A stretch of DNA of 63,924 nt, counting the filler. It is 5 parts of 5 records of this genome, joined end to end, with 100 filler letters (N's around TTAATTAATTAA, not from the genome) between each part and the next. Parts side by side here need not be neighbours in the genome. Positions count along the whole stretch, not along the records: positions 9,303 to 16,822 come from SRR31156797_5361; positions 16,923 to 35,932 come from SRR31156797_5362; 3 more parts are not named here. The stretch is one strand, 5' to 3'. Position numbers and translations under genes: made by a program. Below, piece by piece: positions 9,330 through 18,371 of the stretch; position 1 is the first letter of the stretch, and each line of letters begins with the position of its first letter. The notes below the pieces were generated by a model that saw only the letters and a program-made list of their open reading frames with translations, did no database searches and had not been told where the DNA came from.

Positions 9330-10472
9330 TTAATCCCATTCTTTTTTCAATAAAAACTTATATGATCGTACTCCGTGAACCATATCAGCCAGTATTCTGG
9401 GCATGGATTTGAACATCATTTTGAATGACATATGCTTTAAGAGTGGCTGGGAATAGAATAGGGTCCAGCGCAAACGGTTGGAGTAACGCAATTCAGGAAA
9501 CACGTATTTTTCCAGCCGTTCCAGATAAAATTTATCCGGAGCTTTGTTTTCGGTGATTCCACGGGCGATGGATTCTGCGGCGTAGCGTCCGGTTTGCAGG
9601 GCGTAGAAGATGCCTTCACCGAAGAGCGGTTCTACCAGACCTGCGGCATCACCTGCGAGGATTGTTCGTCCGAAGCATGGATTCTCCATGAAGTTACCGT
9701 AAGGGAGCGGATAACCTTGCATGTGCATAGATTCAGGATCGGCAATACCTTGCGAGCGCAGGAAATCCATATAGGTTTTTTTGAAATCAGAGGTGCAGCG
9801 TTTGAGTGCGCCGATTCCGGTGACTACTTTTCCTTTTGCCGGGAAAACCCAGATGTACCCAGCCCGGAGATGCCCGATGTAAAGTTCCGGCTTGGTCACT
9901 TTGCGCGGAAAATCTTTTTCATCGAAAATTATTTCAATGGTCGAAGCCATATCATCGCGCCATTTTTTCTTGTCGTAAGGAACTGAGCGGCGGATGGTGG
10001 AATGTACTCCATCTGCACCAATTAGGTATTTTCCTTTGAAAATTCTGTTTGATGCAGTTTTAATTTCCGCATCTTGATAATTGCATTCTTTGATTTTTTC
10101 GCCGGTGAATATGTGCGCTCCTGCATTTGCGGCTTTTTGCAGAAGGAAGTAATCAAAATCAACCCGGTCCACAAAACGGAAAGGGATTGATGATTCTGCA
10201 TCACGGATATTATGATCGCGGTAATTGATGGAATATTCAGGCGATTCAAAATTGATTATGCCTTTATCCTTGAGGCAATCAACATCACAGTTGAAAATTT
10301 TATTTAATAATTCAGTAGCCTTATAAGTCAGAAGACCACCACAGAGCTTTTTTCTGGGGAATTCGGCCTTATCAATCAGCGCTACTTTAAAACCTCTACC
10401 AGCGAGGATGGTGGCGGCTGTAGAGCCAGTAGGACCTCCCCCTGCAATGATTACATCAAATTTACCGGACAC
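9330..10472 (-). CDS. Geranylgeranyl reductase family FAD-dependent oxidoreductase
   Basis: DVIIAGGGPTGS, FPRKKLCGG, LIGADG, GYIWVFP, LAGDAAGLVEPLFGEGIFYA; probable GTG start at 10472 after AGGAG (track starts at 10556). Confidence 0.88.
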   Translation of the reverse strand: MSGKFDVIIAGGGPTGSTAATILAGRGFKVALIDKAEFPRKKLCGGLLTYKATELLNKIFNCDVDCLKDKGIINFESPEYSINYRDHNIRDAESSIPFRFVDRVDFDYFLLQKAANAGAHIFTGEKIKECNYQDAEIKTASNRIFKGKYLIGADGVHSTIRRSVPYDKKKWRDDMASTIEIIFDEKDFPRKVTKPELYIGHLRAGYIWVFPAKGKVVTGIGALKRCTSDFKKTYMDFLRSQGIADPESMHMQGYPLPYGNFMENPCFGRTILAGDAAGLVEPLFGEGIFYALQTGRYAAESIARGITENKAPDKFYLERLEKYVFPELRYSNRLRWTLFYSQPLLKHMSFKMMFKSMPRILADMVHGVRSYKFLLKKEWD

Positions 10473-10583
10473 ATTGACTCCTGAAAAACTGTTCACAACC
10501 GGAATATCTGCTTGATTAAGTTGCGATTTTATACCGTCTAGCGGTAACTTGGGCAAGCAAGACCGTACAAAACTTACCGAAAT

Positions 10584-11261
10584 ATGAAAAAAATAGAAGC
10601 AATAGTTTTTGATTTTGACGGCACACTGGCCGAGTTAACCATTGATTTCGATGAGATGAAGAAGCGTCTCAAGGCTCTTGGCAGTGCTTTTCTTGACCCG
10701 TTACCGGAAAAAGATGTTCCGGCTCTTGAATGGGTGGATTTCATTGCTGATTGCCTTGCTGAAGAAGACCCTGACCTTGGCAAGGAATTTCATACCCGTT
10801 GCCGTTTTTTGATCATCAGCATGGAAGTGGAAGCCGCTCGTCATGGAAAGCTGTTTCCCTTTACTTGCGATATTCTGAACGGGTTACGCAATTCGGGTAT
10901 CAAGACCGGAATCATCACCCGTAATACCGCTGCAGCAGTGCGGGAATTGGTCCCGGAAATTAACAATCTTTCCGGATGTTTTCTTTCCCGTGAGGATGTT
11001 CAAAACGTAAAGCCGCATCCTGAGCATCTGTTCAAGGCTCTCGAAGTTATCGGTGTTGATGCTGAAAATGCACTTATGGTCGGTGACCATCCCATGGATA
11101 TAGAAACCGGGAAAAGAGCCGGGGCCATGACAGCCGGAGTAGCAACAGGCCGTATGTCTGTGGAGGAACTTCAGAAAGCAGCCCCGGATTTCGTAGCTGC
11201 AAATTGTGCAGAACTTGTACAACTACTTGAAAAAAAAGGATTAGTTATAAACAATTTGTAA
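10584..11261 (+). CDS. HAD-superfamily hydrolase (phosphoglycolate phosphatase-like)
   Basis: FDFDGTL, TRN, KPHP, MVGDHPMD motifs. Confidence 0.9.
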   Translation: MKKIEAIVFDFDGTLAELTIDFDEMKKRLKALGSAFLDPLPEKDVPALEWVDFIADCLAEEDPDLGKEFHTRCRFLIISMEVEAARHGKLFPFTCDILNGLRNSGIKTGIITRNTAAAVRELVPEINNLSGCFLSREDVQNVKPHPEHLFKALEVIGVDAENALMVGDHPMDIETGKRAGAMTAGVATGRMSVEELQKAAPDFVAANCAELVQLLEKKGLVINNL

Positions 11262-11485
11262 CTACGGATTGTTCAAAACATGAATTTGGTCTTATTCAAA
11301 AGGCATTCAAAGTACAAAAAGAATCTGAGCCATGTTCTTAACTGAAGTTACCGGCTGGATATCAGTGGAAGTCCTTAAATAAATAAAGGCTCATTTTAAA
11401 GTTTCATTTTGTGCGCAACTAATACAAGTATTTGAAAAATAGAGATTAGTTATAAACAATTAGCATCCAAAAATTGTTCAAAACA
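11227..11485. repeat. Two imperfect 54-bp direct repeats (11227-11280 and 11432-11485)
   Basis: Both read TTGAAAAA..GATTAGTTATAAACAATT-N11-ATTGTTCAAAACA. Confidence 0.8.
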
Positions 11486-11487
11486 AA

Positions 11488-11528
11488 AGGGCGCAGTATC
11501 AATGAAGATACTGCGCCCTATGTTTTTT
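11488..11528. terminator. Intrinsic terminator between the convergent HAD and DUF362 genes
   Basis: AGGGCGCAGTATC-AATGAA-GATACTGCGCCCT, 13-bp stem, T-rich tail. Confidence 0.8.
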
Positions 11529-11546
11529 ATGCACTTACGAACACAA

Positions 11547-11632
11547 CGCGGCGAAGTCCATTAAAAGTTTTAGGATAGTCCAGAGAACCCTTTTGAAAAA
11601 GGGTTCATTGGTCCCCGAAGGGCCGCCGGGGT
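11547..11632. repeat. REP-like intergenic palindromic repeat (Desulfovibrio type)
   Basis: GAACCCTTTTGAAAAAGGGTTC hairpin plus GGTCCCCGAAGGGCCGCCGG; related inverted copy at 16771-16822. Confidence 0.65.
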
Positions 11633-11633
11633 A

Positions 11634-12737
11634 TTAAATAGTCACCAGCTTGTAGTTTCTTGAACCGAGGCCGATTTCTTCGGCGTATTTGAGGCCGAAA
11701 GAATCCGGTGTATCGGGAGTAAGGGCTTTGAATTTGTCATCACCATTACCGAGTCCGTCAGGCAGTCGGCTGGGGTAGAGCGGCGGTGCTGCATTGATCA
11801 TATCAAGAGATGCCTGGTCGATTGCTACGGGGTCGGAGGAAATCATGACTCCGAGATCGGGACAGATGGGGGCGTCGCTGTAGCCGTGGCAATCGCAATC
11901 CGGGGTGATGTTCATCAGGAAATTGATATGCATGGCCGGACGCTTGAGCTGATCCAGAATGGCTTTGTTGTATTCAATGAGCCGCTTGGTGAAAACTTCC
12001 ACATCGCTTTTCCAGTCAATGGAGATTGCGCCATAGCGACAGGATAGGAAACAGCGTCCGCACCCGGTGCATTTTCCACCCATTATGATCTTACCGTCAT
12101 CGTCGAGGTCTAGTGCTTTGGCAGCACATTCGGTGATGCAGACTCCACATCCGGTACATTTTTCAGGATGCAGGTGCGGTGCAGTGGAAACATGGATGTG
12201 CATTTTCCCTTTTTTGGAAGCGCAACCCATACCGATATTTTTGATGGCCCCGCCGTATCCGGCTAATCCGTGTCCCTTAACGTGATTAAGGGTAACCATC
12301 ATGTCGGTTTCCATGAACATTCCGCCCACGTGGGCTTCAGAAATATGTTCGCCTGCATAAGGGATGGTTGTTTCGTATTCGCCGCGCAAGCCGTCTGCAA
12401 ACATGACCGGGGCACCAATAACATTGGGATCATAGCCATGACGTGCTGCCAGCAGGCCGTGGGAAACGGATTCTCCGCGATCACCAACGTAAAGGGTGCT
12501 GGTATCGGTGAAAAATGGTTTGGCTCCGGCTTTTTTCAGGAAATCAACGATGGGGCGCAGGTTGAGGGCATTGAGATACCCGGTATTTCCGCTTTCTCCG
12601 AAATGTACTTTTAGAGCAACAAGGTTTCCCGGATCAATGATAGCATTCAGGCCGGACTGTTTGAGCAATTTTTTCATCTTCAAGGCATGCGGAGATTTAC
12701 GTGTGGTACGCAAATTCCAGAAATATACTTTAGACAT
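11634..12737 (-). CDS. DUF362 domain protein with 2x[4Fe-4S] ferredoxin module
   Basis: ALKVHFGESGN, HVKGHGLAGYGGAIKNIGMGCAS, CTGCGVCITEC / CTGCGRCFLSC, ITPDCDC, SSDPVAIDQAS. Confidence 0.9.
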   Translation of the reverse strand: MSKVYFWNLRTTRKSPHALKMKKLLKQSGLNAIIDPGNLVALKVHFGESGNTGYLNALNLRPIVDFLKKAGAKPFFTDTSTLYVGDRGESVSHGLLAARHGYDPNVIGAPVMFADGLRGEYETTIPYAGEHISEAHVGGMFMETDMMVTLNHVKGHGLAGYGGAIKNIGMGCASKKGKMHIHVSTAPHLHPEKCTGCGVCITECAAKALDLDDDGKIIMGGKCTGCGRCFLSCRYGAISIDWKSDVEVFTKRLIEYNKAILDQLKRPAMHINFLMNITPDCDCHGYSDAPICPDLGVMISSDPVAIDQASLDMINAAPPLYPSRLPDGLGNGDDKFKALTPDTPDSFGLKYAEEIGLGSRNYKLVTI

Positions 12738-13005
12738 AACGTTTCCCCCTATGTTTACGAAAATATGTAAATCATTTCCCTGACTGTTTTTGCGGGGTTA
12801 AGGTATAATCTGCTTTGGATATTGTCTATTTTAAATAATCATTCGGACAGTGAAAAATATCGGGAATGCTTCGGGTAGCTTTCGTCAGCCAGTTGATTTA
12901 TATAACAACAAGGCATTCATTTAAAGTCATATAGGTGTATGTAGAAAATTAAACTGATCAGGTTAAACAACGTAGTTCAAGGAATTATGTAATCAGGAGT
13001 TCGGA

Positions 13006-13959
13006 ATGCATTTAGTAAAAAGGGTTTTGGTCACAGGCGGGGCCGGTTTTCTCGGATCACATCTTTGTGAACGGCTGCTTAATGACGGTTGTGACGTCTT
13101 GTGTGTAGATAACTTTTTTACCGGAGCTAAATCTAATGTTGCCCACCTGATCGGCAATCCTAATTTTGAAATAATCAGGCATGATGTAACTTTTCCTCTC
13201 TATATTGAGGTCGATGAAATCTACAATCTTGCCTGTCCAGCATCTCCTATCCATTATCAGCATGATCCGGTACAGACCACCAAGACTTCCGTACATGGGG
13301 CTATCAACATGCTCGGCCTTGCTAAGCGCACCGGAGCTAAAATATTTCAGGCTTCTACATCTGAAGTCTACGGCGATCCTGAAGTTCATCCACAACCTGA
13401 AACATATGTTGGTAATGTGAACCCTATCGGTCCTCGTTCATGCTATGACGAGGGTAAACGTTGCGCTGAAACATTGTTCTTTGATTATCACCGCCAGCAT
13501 AAGGTTAGAATTAAGGTTGCGCGACTTTTCAACACTTATGGCCCTAAGATGCATCCTAATGATGGCCGTGTTGTTTCAAACTTTATCACTCAAGCCCTGC
13601 TGGGGAAACCAATCACCATTTATGGTGAAGGATCACAGACCCGTTCATTTTGCTATGTGGATGATCTTATAGAGGGTTTTATTACTCTCATGGCTACACC
13701 GGATGAAGTAACAGGTCCGATTAATCTTGGTAATCCGTCCGAATTTTCCATTCTTGAGTTGGCCCAGAAAATTATCAAGATGACAGACTCCAAGTCCGAA
13801 CTCGTTTTCAAGCCTCTTCCCGGAGATGATCCCAAGCAGCGTAAGCCTGATATTACTGAAGCCAATAAACTTGGCTGGTCTCCTTCAATTTCAGTAGATG
13901 ATGGTCTGCGGAAAACCATTGAGTATTTTAAGACTCTGGATCTTGAATCCATTTTCTAA
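13006..13959 (+). CDS. UDP-glucuronic acid decarboxylase (UDP-xylose synthase family SDR)
   Basis: [53 protein letters not shown]. Confidence 0.93.
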   Translation: MHLVKRVLVTGGAGFLGSHLCERLLNDGCDVLCVDNFFTGAKSNVAHLIGNPNFEIIRHDVTFPLYIEVDEIYNLACPASPIHYQHDPVQTTKTSVHGAINMLGLAKRTGAKIFQASTSEVYGDPEVHPQPETYVGNVNPIGPRSCYDEGKRCAETLFFDYHRQHKVRIKVARLFNTYGPKMHPNDGRVVSNFITQALLGKPITIYGEGSQTRSFCYVDDLIEGFITLMATPDEVTGPINLGNPSEFSILELAQKIIKMTDSKSELVFKPLPGDDPKQRKPDITEANKLGWSPSISVDDGLRKTIEYFKTLDLESIF

Positions 13960-13985
13960 CCCAGCACTTTTCTGCGGAGGATATT

Positions 13986-15005
13986 TTGGATAAGCACACG
14001 GTACTCGTAACCGGGGGCACCGGTTACATAGGCAGCCATACTGCTGTTTGCCTTATTGAAAAGGGCTATAAGGTCGTGGTTGTGGACAACCTTGCGAATA
14101 GCAAGATTGAAGTACTTGAACGTATTGAAAAAATATCAGGCGTAAAACCTGAATTTCATAAGGCAGACCTTACTGACCCCGCTGCTATAGAAGAGATTTT
14201 CAAGACAAACAGCTTTGATTCGATTATTCATTTCGCCGGATATAAATGTGTAGGTGAGTCTGTTGAAAAACCGCATTTGTATTATCTCAACAATGTGGGT
14301 GGATCGACCGTATTGATGGATATGATGGCCCGTTACAATGTGCATCATATTGTGTTTTCTTCCTCATGCACTGTTTACGGGAATCCGAAGGTGATGCCTG
14401 TAACAGAAGAGAGTCCCCTTGCGCCACAGTCCCCGTATGGTTTGACCAAGCTTACGGTTGAAAATCTTCTTAATGATTTTGGTATACAGAAGGATTATAT
14501 AAAATCCGGACTGCTTCGCTACTTCAACCCCATCGGAGCTCATGAAAGCGGTTTAATCGGTGAAGATCCGCTTGGAATCCCTAATTGCGTAATGCCTTAC
14601 ATTGCGCAGGTTGCAGTCAAGCGCCGTGATAAACTTAGTGTTTTCGGCAATGACTATTCCACAAAAGATGGGACTGGCGTTCGCGATTACCTGCATGTTC
14701 AGGATCTTGCTGAAGCACATGTGTTGGCTCTTGAGGCTGTTACCGGAGAGGTTGGGAATCTAACCTGTAATTTCGGTACCGGAGTCGGTTATAGTGTAAT
14801 GGAGCTACTCGAAGCTTTTGAAAAAGTCAGCGGAGTGTTCATTCCCTATGAAATTACCGAACGAAGGTCCGGGGATGTGGCTGAAGTCTATGCTGACACC
14901 AGTTATGCACAGGAGTTGCTTGGCTGGAAAGCCAGACGCGGGCTGGAAGATATGTGTCGGGATCACTGGAACTGGCAGAATAAAAATCCCAACGGATATG
15001 AGTAG
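13986..15005 (+). CDS. galE: UDP-glucose 4-epimerase
   Basis: GGTGYIGSHT, HFAGYKCVGES, PYGLTK, LRYFNPIGAH, DGTGVRDYLHV, NPNGY. Confidence 0.95.
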   Translation: MDKHTVLVTGGTGYIGSHTAVCLIEKGYKVVVVDNLANSKIEVLERIEKISGVKPEFHKADLTDPAAIEEIFKTNSFDSIIHFAGYKCVGESVEKPHLYYLNNVGGSTVLMDMMARYNVHHIVFSSSCTVYGNPKVMPVTEESPLAPQSPYGLTKLTVENLLNDFGIQKDYIKSGLLRYFNPIGAHESGLIGEDPLGIPNCVMPYIAQVAVKRRDKLSVFGNDYSTKDGTGVRDYLHVQDLAEAHVLALEAVTGEVGNLTCNFGTGVGYSVMELLEAFEKVSGVFIPYEITERRSGDVAEVYADTSYAQELLGWKARRGLEDMCRDHWNWQNKNPNGYE

Positions 15006-15023
15006 TTTTTAAAAAAAACACAA

Positions 15024-15065
15024 AAAAAATCCCGCAATATCAAGTAAGATATTGCGGGATTTTTT
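15024..15065. terminator. Bidirectional intrinsic terminator between galE and ilvD
   Basis: AAAAAATCCCGCAATATC-AAGTAA-GATATTGCGGGATTTTTT. Confidence 0.9.
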
Positions 15066-15081
15066 ATTAAACATAAGTAAG

Positions 15082-16749
15082 TTACTTTTTATAAATAGCA
15101 CCGGTTGATGCTGAAGTTACGTTCTGGCTGTAGCGCTTGAGGAATGCGGAGGGCATTTCTTTTTCAATGGGTTTGAATTCAGCGCTCCGCTTTTCAAGTT
15201 CAGCTTCATCGAGTTTCACGTTGATGGAACGTCCGGGGATGTCGATTTCAATTACATCGCCGGTCTGAACGAGTCCGATGGTACCGCCGGAAGCTGCTTC
15301 AGGAGAAACGTGCCCGATAGCTGCGCCGCGGGTTCCGCCGGAAAAACGTCCATCAGTGATCAGGGCGACGTCAGCGCCAAGCCCCATACCTGCGATCGCG
15401 GAGGTGGGAGTCAGCATTTCACGCATACCGGGGCCACCTTTGGGTCCTTCATAAAGAATTACCACGGCATCGCCTTTGACGATCTGGTTACCGAGAATTG
15501 CTTCAACTGCTTCTTCTTCGGAATTGAAGACCTTGGCGTTGCATGTACGCTTCATCATTTCAGGTGCTACTGCGGACTGTTTAACTACGCAGCCGTCTTC
15601 GGCAATATTACCGAACAGAACCGCGATGCCGCCTTCCTTAGAATAAGGATCATCAACCGGACGTACAATCTTGTGGTCTTTAATTCCAGCGTTCAGTTCT
15701 TTGAGGTTTTCACCAACGGTTTTACCGGTAACGGTCAGGGGATCAAGTTCGATGCGTCCGGTCTTGGAAAGTTCGGCCATAACGCCCTGAATTCCGCCTG
15801 CTGTGTTCAGGTCCTCGATATGATCGGGACCGGCCGGAGAGAGTTTGCAGAGGTTGGGGGTGTTGCGGCTGATTTCATCAAATACGGTCAGGTCCAGATT
15901 AAGGCCTGCTTCGTTGAAAATAGCGGGCAGGTGCAGCACGGTGTTGGTGGAACAGCCGAGAGCCATGTCCATGGTAACCGCGTTTTTGAGGCTCTTCTCA
16001 GTGACGATGTCGCGCGGTTTGATGTCTTTTTCGAGCAGGGTCATGATCTGGGAACCGGCTGCTTTGGCAAGGCGGGTACGCTCGGCCATGACAGCGGGGA
16101 TGGTTCCGTTACCGGGCAGGGCCAGACCGATGGTCTCGGAAAGGCAGTTCATGGAGTTGGCTGTGAACATACCGGAACAGGAACCGCAGGTGGGGCAGGC
16201 ACTTTGTTCGAGTACGGTAAGTTCATCTTCGGTCATGTTGCCGGTTTTAACCTGACCCACACCTTCAAATACGGTGATAAGGTCGACTTTTTTGCCGTCT
16301 TTGCGTCCTGCGAGCATGGGACCGCCGCTGATGACGATGGTCGGAATGTTCAGGCGCAGGGCAGCCATGAGCATACCAGGTACGATTTTGTCGCAGTTGG
16401 GAACGAGTACCAGAGCGTCAAAAGGATGTGCGGTAGCCATGATCTCAATGGAGTCGGCAATGATTTCACGACTGGGCAGGGAGTAACGCATGCCCGCGTG
16501 GTTCATGGCCAGACCATCACAGACGCCGATGGCCGGAAATTCCATGGGCACACCGCCAGCAAGACGCACGCCGTCTTTTACCGCACGGGTGATGTTGTGC
16601 AGGTGTACGTGGCCGGGAATGATTTCATTGGCTGCGTTGCAGATACCGATCAGCGGACGGTTAACTTCGTCCTTGGACATGCCCAGTGCGTAAAGCAGGG
16701 AACGGTGCGGGGCTTTCTCCAGCCCTCCAGTCATTTTTTTACTTCTCAT
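15082..16749 (-). CDS. ilvD: Dihydroxy-acid dehydratase
   Basis: [70 protein letters not shown]. Confidence 0.97.
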   Translation of the reverse strand: MRSKKMTGGLEKAPHRSLLYALGMSKDEVNRPLIGICNAANEIIPGHVHLHNITRAVKDGVRLAGGVPMEFPAIGVCDGLAMNHAGMRYSLPSREIIADSIEIMATAHPFDALVLVPNCDKIVPGMLMAALRLNIPTIVISGGPMLAGRKDGKKVDLITVFEGVGQVKTGNMTEDELTVLEQSACPTCGSCSGMFTANSMNCLSETIGLALPGNGTIPAVMAERTRLAKAAGSQIMTLLEKDIKPRDIVTEKSLKNAVTMDMALGCSTNTVLHLPAIFNEAGLNLDLTVFDEISRNTPNLCKLSPAGPDHIEDLNTAGGIQGVMAELSKTGRIELDPLTVTGKTVGENLKELNAGIKDHKIVRPVDDPYSKEGGIAVLFGNIAEDGCVVKQSAVAPEMMKRTCNAKVFNSEEEAVEAILGNQIVKGDAVVILYEGPKGGPGMREMLTPTSAIAGMGLGADVALITDGRFSGGTRGAAIGHVSPEAASGGTIGLVQTGDVIEIDIPGRSINVKLDEAELEKRSAEFKPIEKEMPSAFLKRYSQNVTSASTGAIYKK

Positions 16750-16770
16750 GATGGTTCTCCTGGTTGGTAT

Positions 16771-16822
16771 GCCTCCGGCGGCTCTTCGAGGACCCTGCCG
16801 GGGGCCTTAAACCCTTTTGGAA
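16771..16822. repeat. Second REP-like repeat copy, cut by contig end
   Basis: GCCTCCGGCGGCTCTTCGAGGACC...AAACCCTTTTGGAA resembles the reverse complement of 11580-11632. Confidence 0.6.
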
Positions 16823-16922
16823 NNNNNNNNNNNNNNNNNNNNNNNNNNNNNNNNNNNNNNNNNNNNTTAATTAATTAANNNNNNNNNNNNNNNNNNNNNN
16901 NNNNNNNNNNNNNNNNNNNNNN
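16823..16922. other. Artificial contig spacer
   Basis: 44 N + TTAATTAATTAA + 44 N. Confidence 0.98.
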
Positions 16923-16943
16923 GTTTTCACTCTATTAGATTTA

Positions 16944-17516
16944 TTAGTTCACTATAAGTTCGATTAATTTTTTTGCAATATTATTTATACTTAGTATATA
17001 TTTTGTTTTTGTTAGATTAATTGCTGATAAAGGCATTACAGGAACTTCAGCTTCGTCCGGATCTTGTGCAATTACAAGTCCTCCAAGCTCACTAACTAAT
17101 TTGGCTCCATATGCTCCATCATCGTTTGCTCCTGTTAAAATTACTGCAATAGTTTTATCCTTATAAATAGCTGCTGCTGATTCCAGAACAACGTCAATAG
17201 ATGGTCTACTGTAGTTTACCGGAGCGGAAACGTCTAAAGAAAAAGTGTGGTCACGCTCAAAAAGTACGTGGTAGTTAGCAGGAGCGATATAAACAGTTTC
17301 AGATGAAATCCTCTCTTTTTCTTCAAGTTCTTTGACTTTTATTAGACAATTATTATCCAAAAAATTTGCTAAAAAATCATCAGAATCCGCAGTTTGGTGT
17401 TGAACAACTACAATTGGAATGGGAAAGTCTGCTGGGATTCTTTTTAGCAAAACAGGTAGAACATTCATTCCTCCTGCTGAAACTCCAATGATTATAATTG
17501 AGTAGTTTTTTTTCAT
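16944..17516 (-). CDS. cheB: Stand-alone CheB methylesterase (no receiver domain)
   Basis: GVSAGG, VVQH, APANYH, RPSIDV, LTGANDDGA, MPLSA. Confidence 0.92.
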   Translation of the reverse strand: MKKNYSIIIIGVSAGGMNVLPVLLKRIPADFPIPIVVVQHQTADSDDFLANFLDNNCLIKVKELEEKERISSETVYIAPANYHVLFERDHTFSLDVSAPVNYSRPSIDVVLESAAAIYKDKTIAVILTGANDDGAYGAKLVSELGGLVIAQDPDEAEVPVMPLSAINLTKTKYILSINNIAKKLIELIVN

Positions 17517-17526
17517 AACAATTCCT

Positions 17527-18354
17527 CTATTTAACTTTTTTATATATTTTAGAGTTCTTAATAAGCTCTACAAATTTATCAGAATAATCACTATAATTTA
17601 TACTTTCTTTTAAGCCAAGGCATAAAATACCACCTATTGGTAAACTTTCATAAAATAAACCGATTACTTTGTTTTGTAATTCCCTGTTAAAATAGATCAT
17701 TACATTTCTGCATAAAATCAAATTCATTTCGTTAAAACTGGCATCAGTTACAAGATTGTGCCTTGTAAATAAAATGTTTTTTTTAAATTTTTGTTTGATT
17801 AACGCATATTCAGCATGAGTGGTAAAGTATTTACTAAAAGTTTTTGTTCCACCTGATTTTTGATAATTTCTCTCATAAAAATCTAGTTGAGAACTATCGA
17901 AAATACCTTTTTCAGCTTTTTCAAGAATAGTATCGTTTATATCAGTTGCATATATTTGTGATTTATCAAGAAAACCAAACTCTTCTAATAAAATATTCGT
18001 AGAATAAACTTCTTCTCCGCTGGCACAACCTGCATTCCAGATTTTAATAAAATTAGTGTTTCCAAATTCGGGGATTATTTTTTCTCTTAATCCCTGATAA
18101 AAAACAGGATCCCGAAACATCTGAGTAACATTAATTGAGAGAGTCTGAACTAGTTCGGAAAAGATATTTTTGTCATAGACAATATCTCCAATTATGTCTA
18201 TAACTCTTTGATACCCATTCATACTCTGAAAATGCATTATACGCCTCTTAATGTGCGCTTCAGCATAATCCTTGTAATCATAGCCATATTTGAGATACAT
18301 TGCTTCCAAAAGAAGCTTAATCTCAACATCAATATTTTCTAAAGTATAATCCAT
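17527..18354 (-). CDS. cheR: CheR-type protein-glutamate methyltransferase
   Basis: INVTQMFRDP, IWNAGCASGEEVYS, YATDIN, HNL, CRNVMIYF, LGLKES. Confidence 0.93.
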   Translation of the reverse strand: MDYTLENIDVEIKLLLEAMYLKYGYDYKDYAEAHIKRRIMHFQSMNGYQRVIDIIGDIVYDKNIFSELVQTLSINVTQMFRDPVFYQGLREKIIPEFGNTNFIKIWNAGCASGEEVYSTNILLEEFGFLDKSQIYATDINDTILEKAEKGIFDSSQLDFYERNYQKSGGTKTFSKYFTTHAEYALIKQKFKKNILFTRHNLVTDASFNEMNLILCRNVMIYFNRELQNKVIGLFYESLPIGGILCLGLKESINYSDYSDKFVELIKNSKIYKKVK

Positions 18355-18371
18355 TTAAGCCCCTTGTTTTT

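Noticed and set aside
11410-11440. GTGCGCAACTAA resembling the XerC arm of a dif site
   Set aside because: No XerD arm (TTATGTTAAAT) at the right spacing
11227-11485. Direct repeats considered as a CRISPR array
   Set aside because: Only two copies, variable core, about 150 bp between them, no cas genes
15310-16878. 522-aa plus-strand ORF
   Set aside because: Antisense shadow of the GC-rich ilvD gene; no recognisable motifs, and it ends only in the artificial linker
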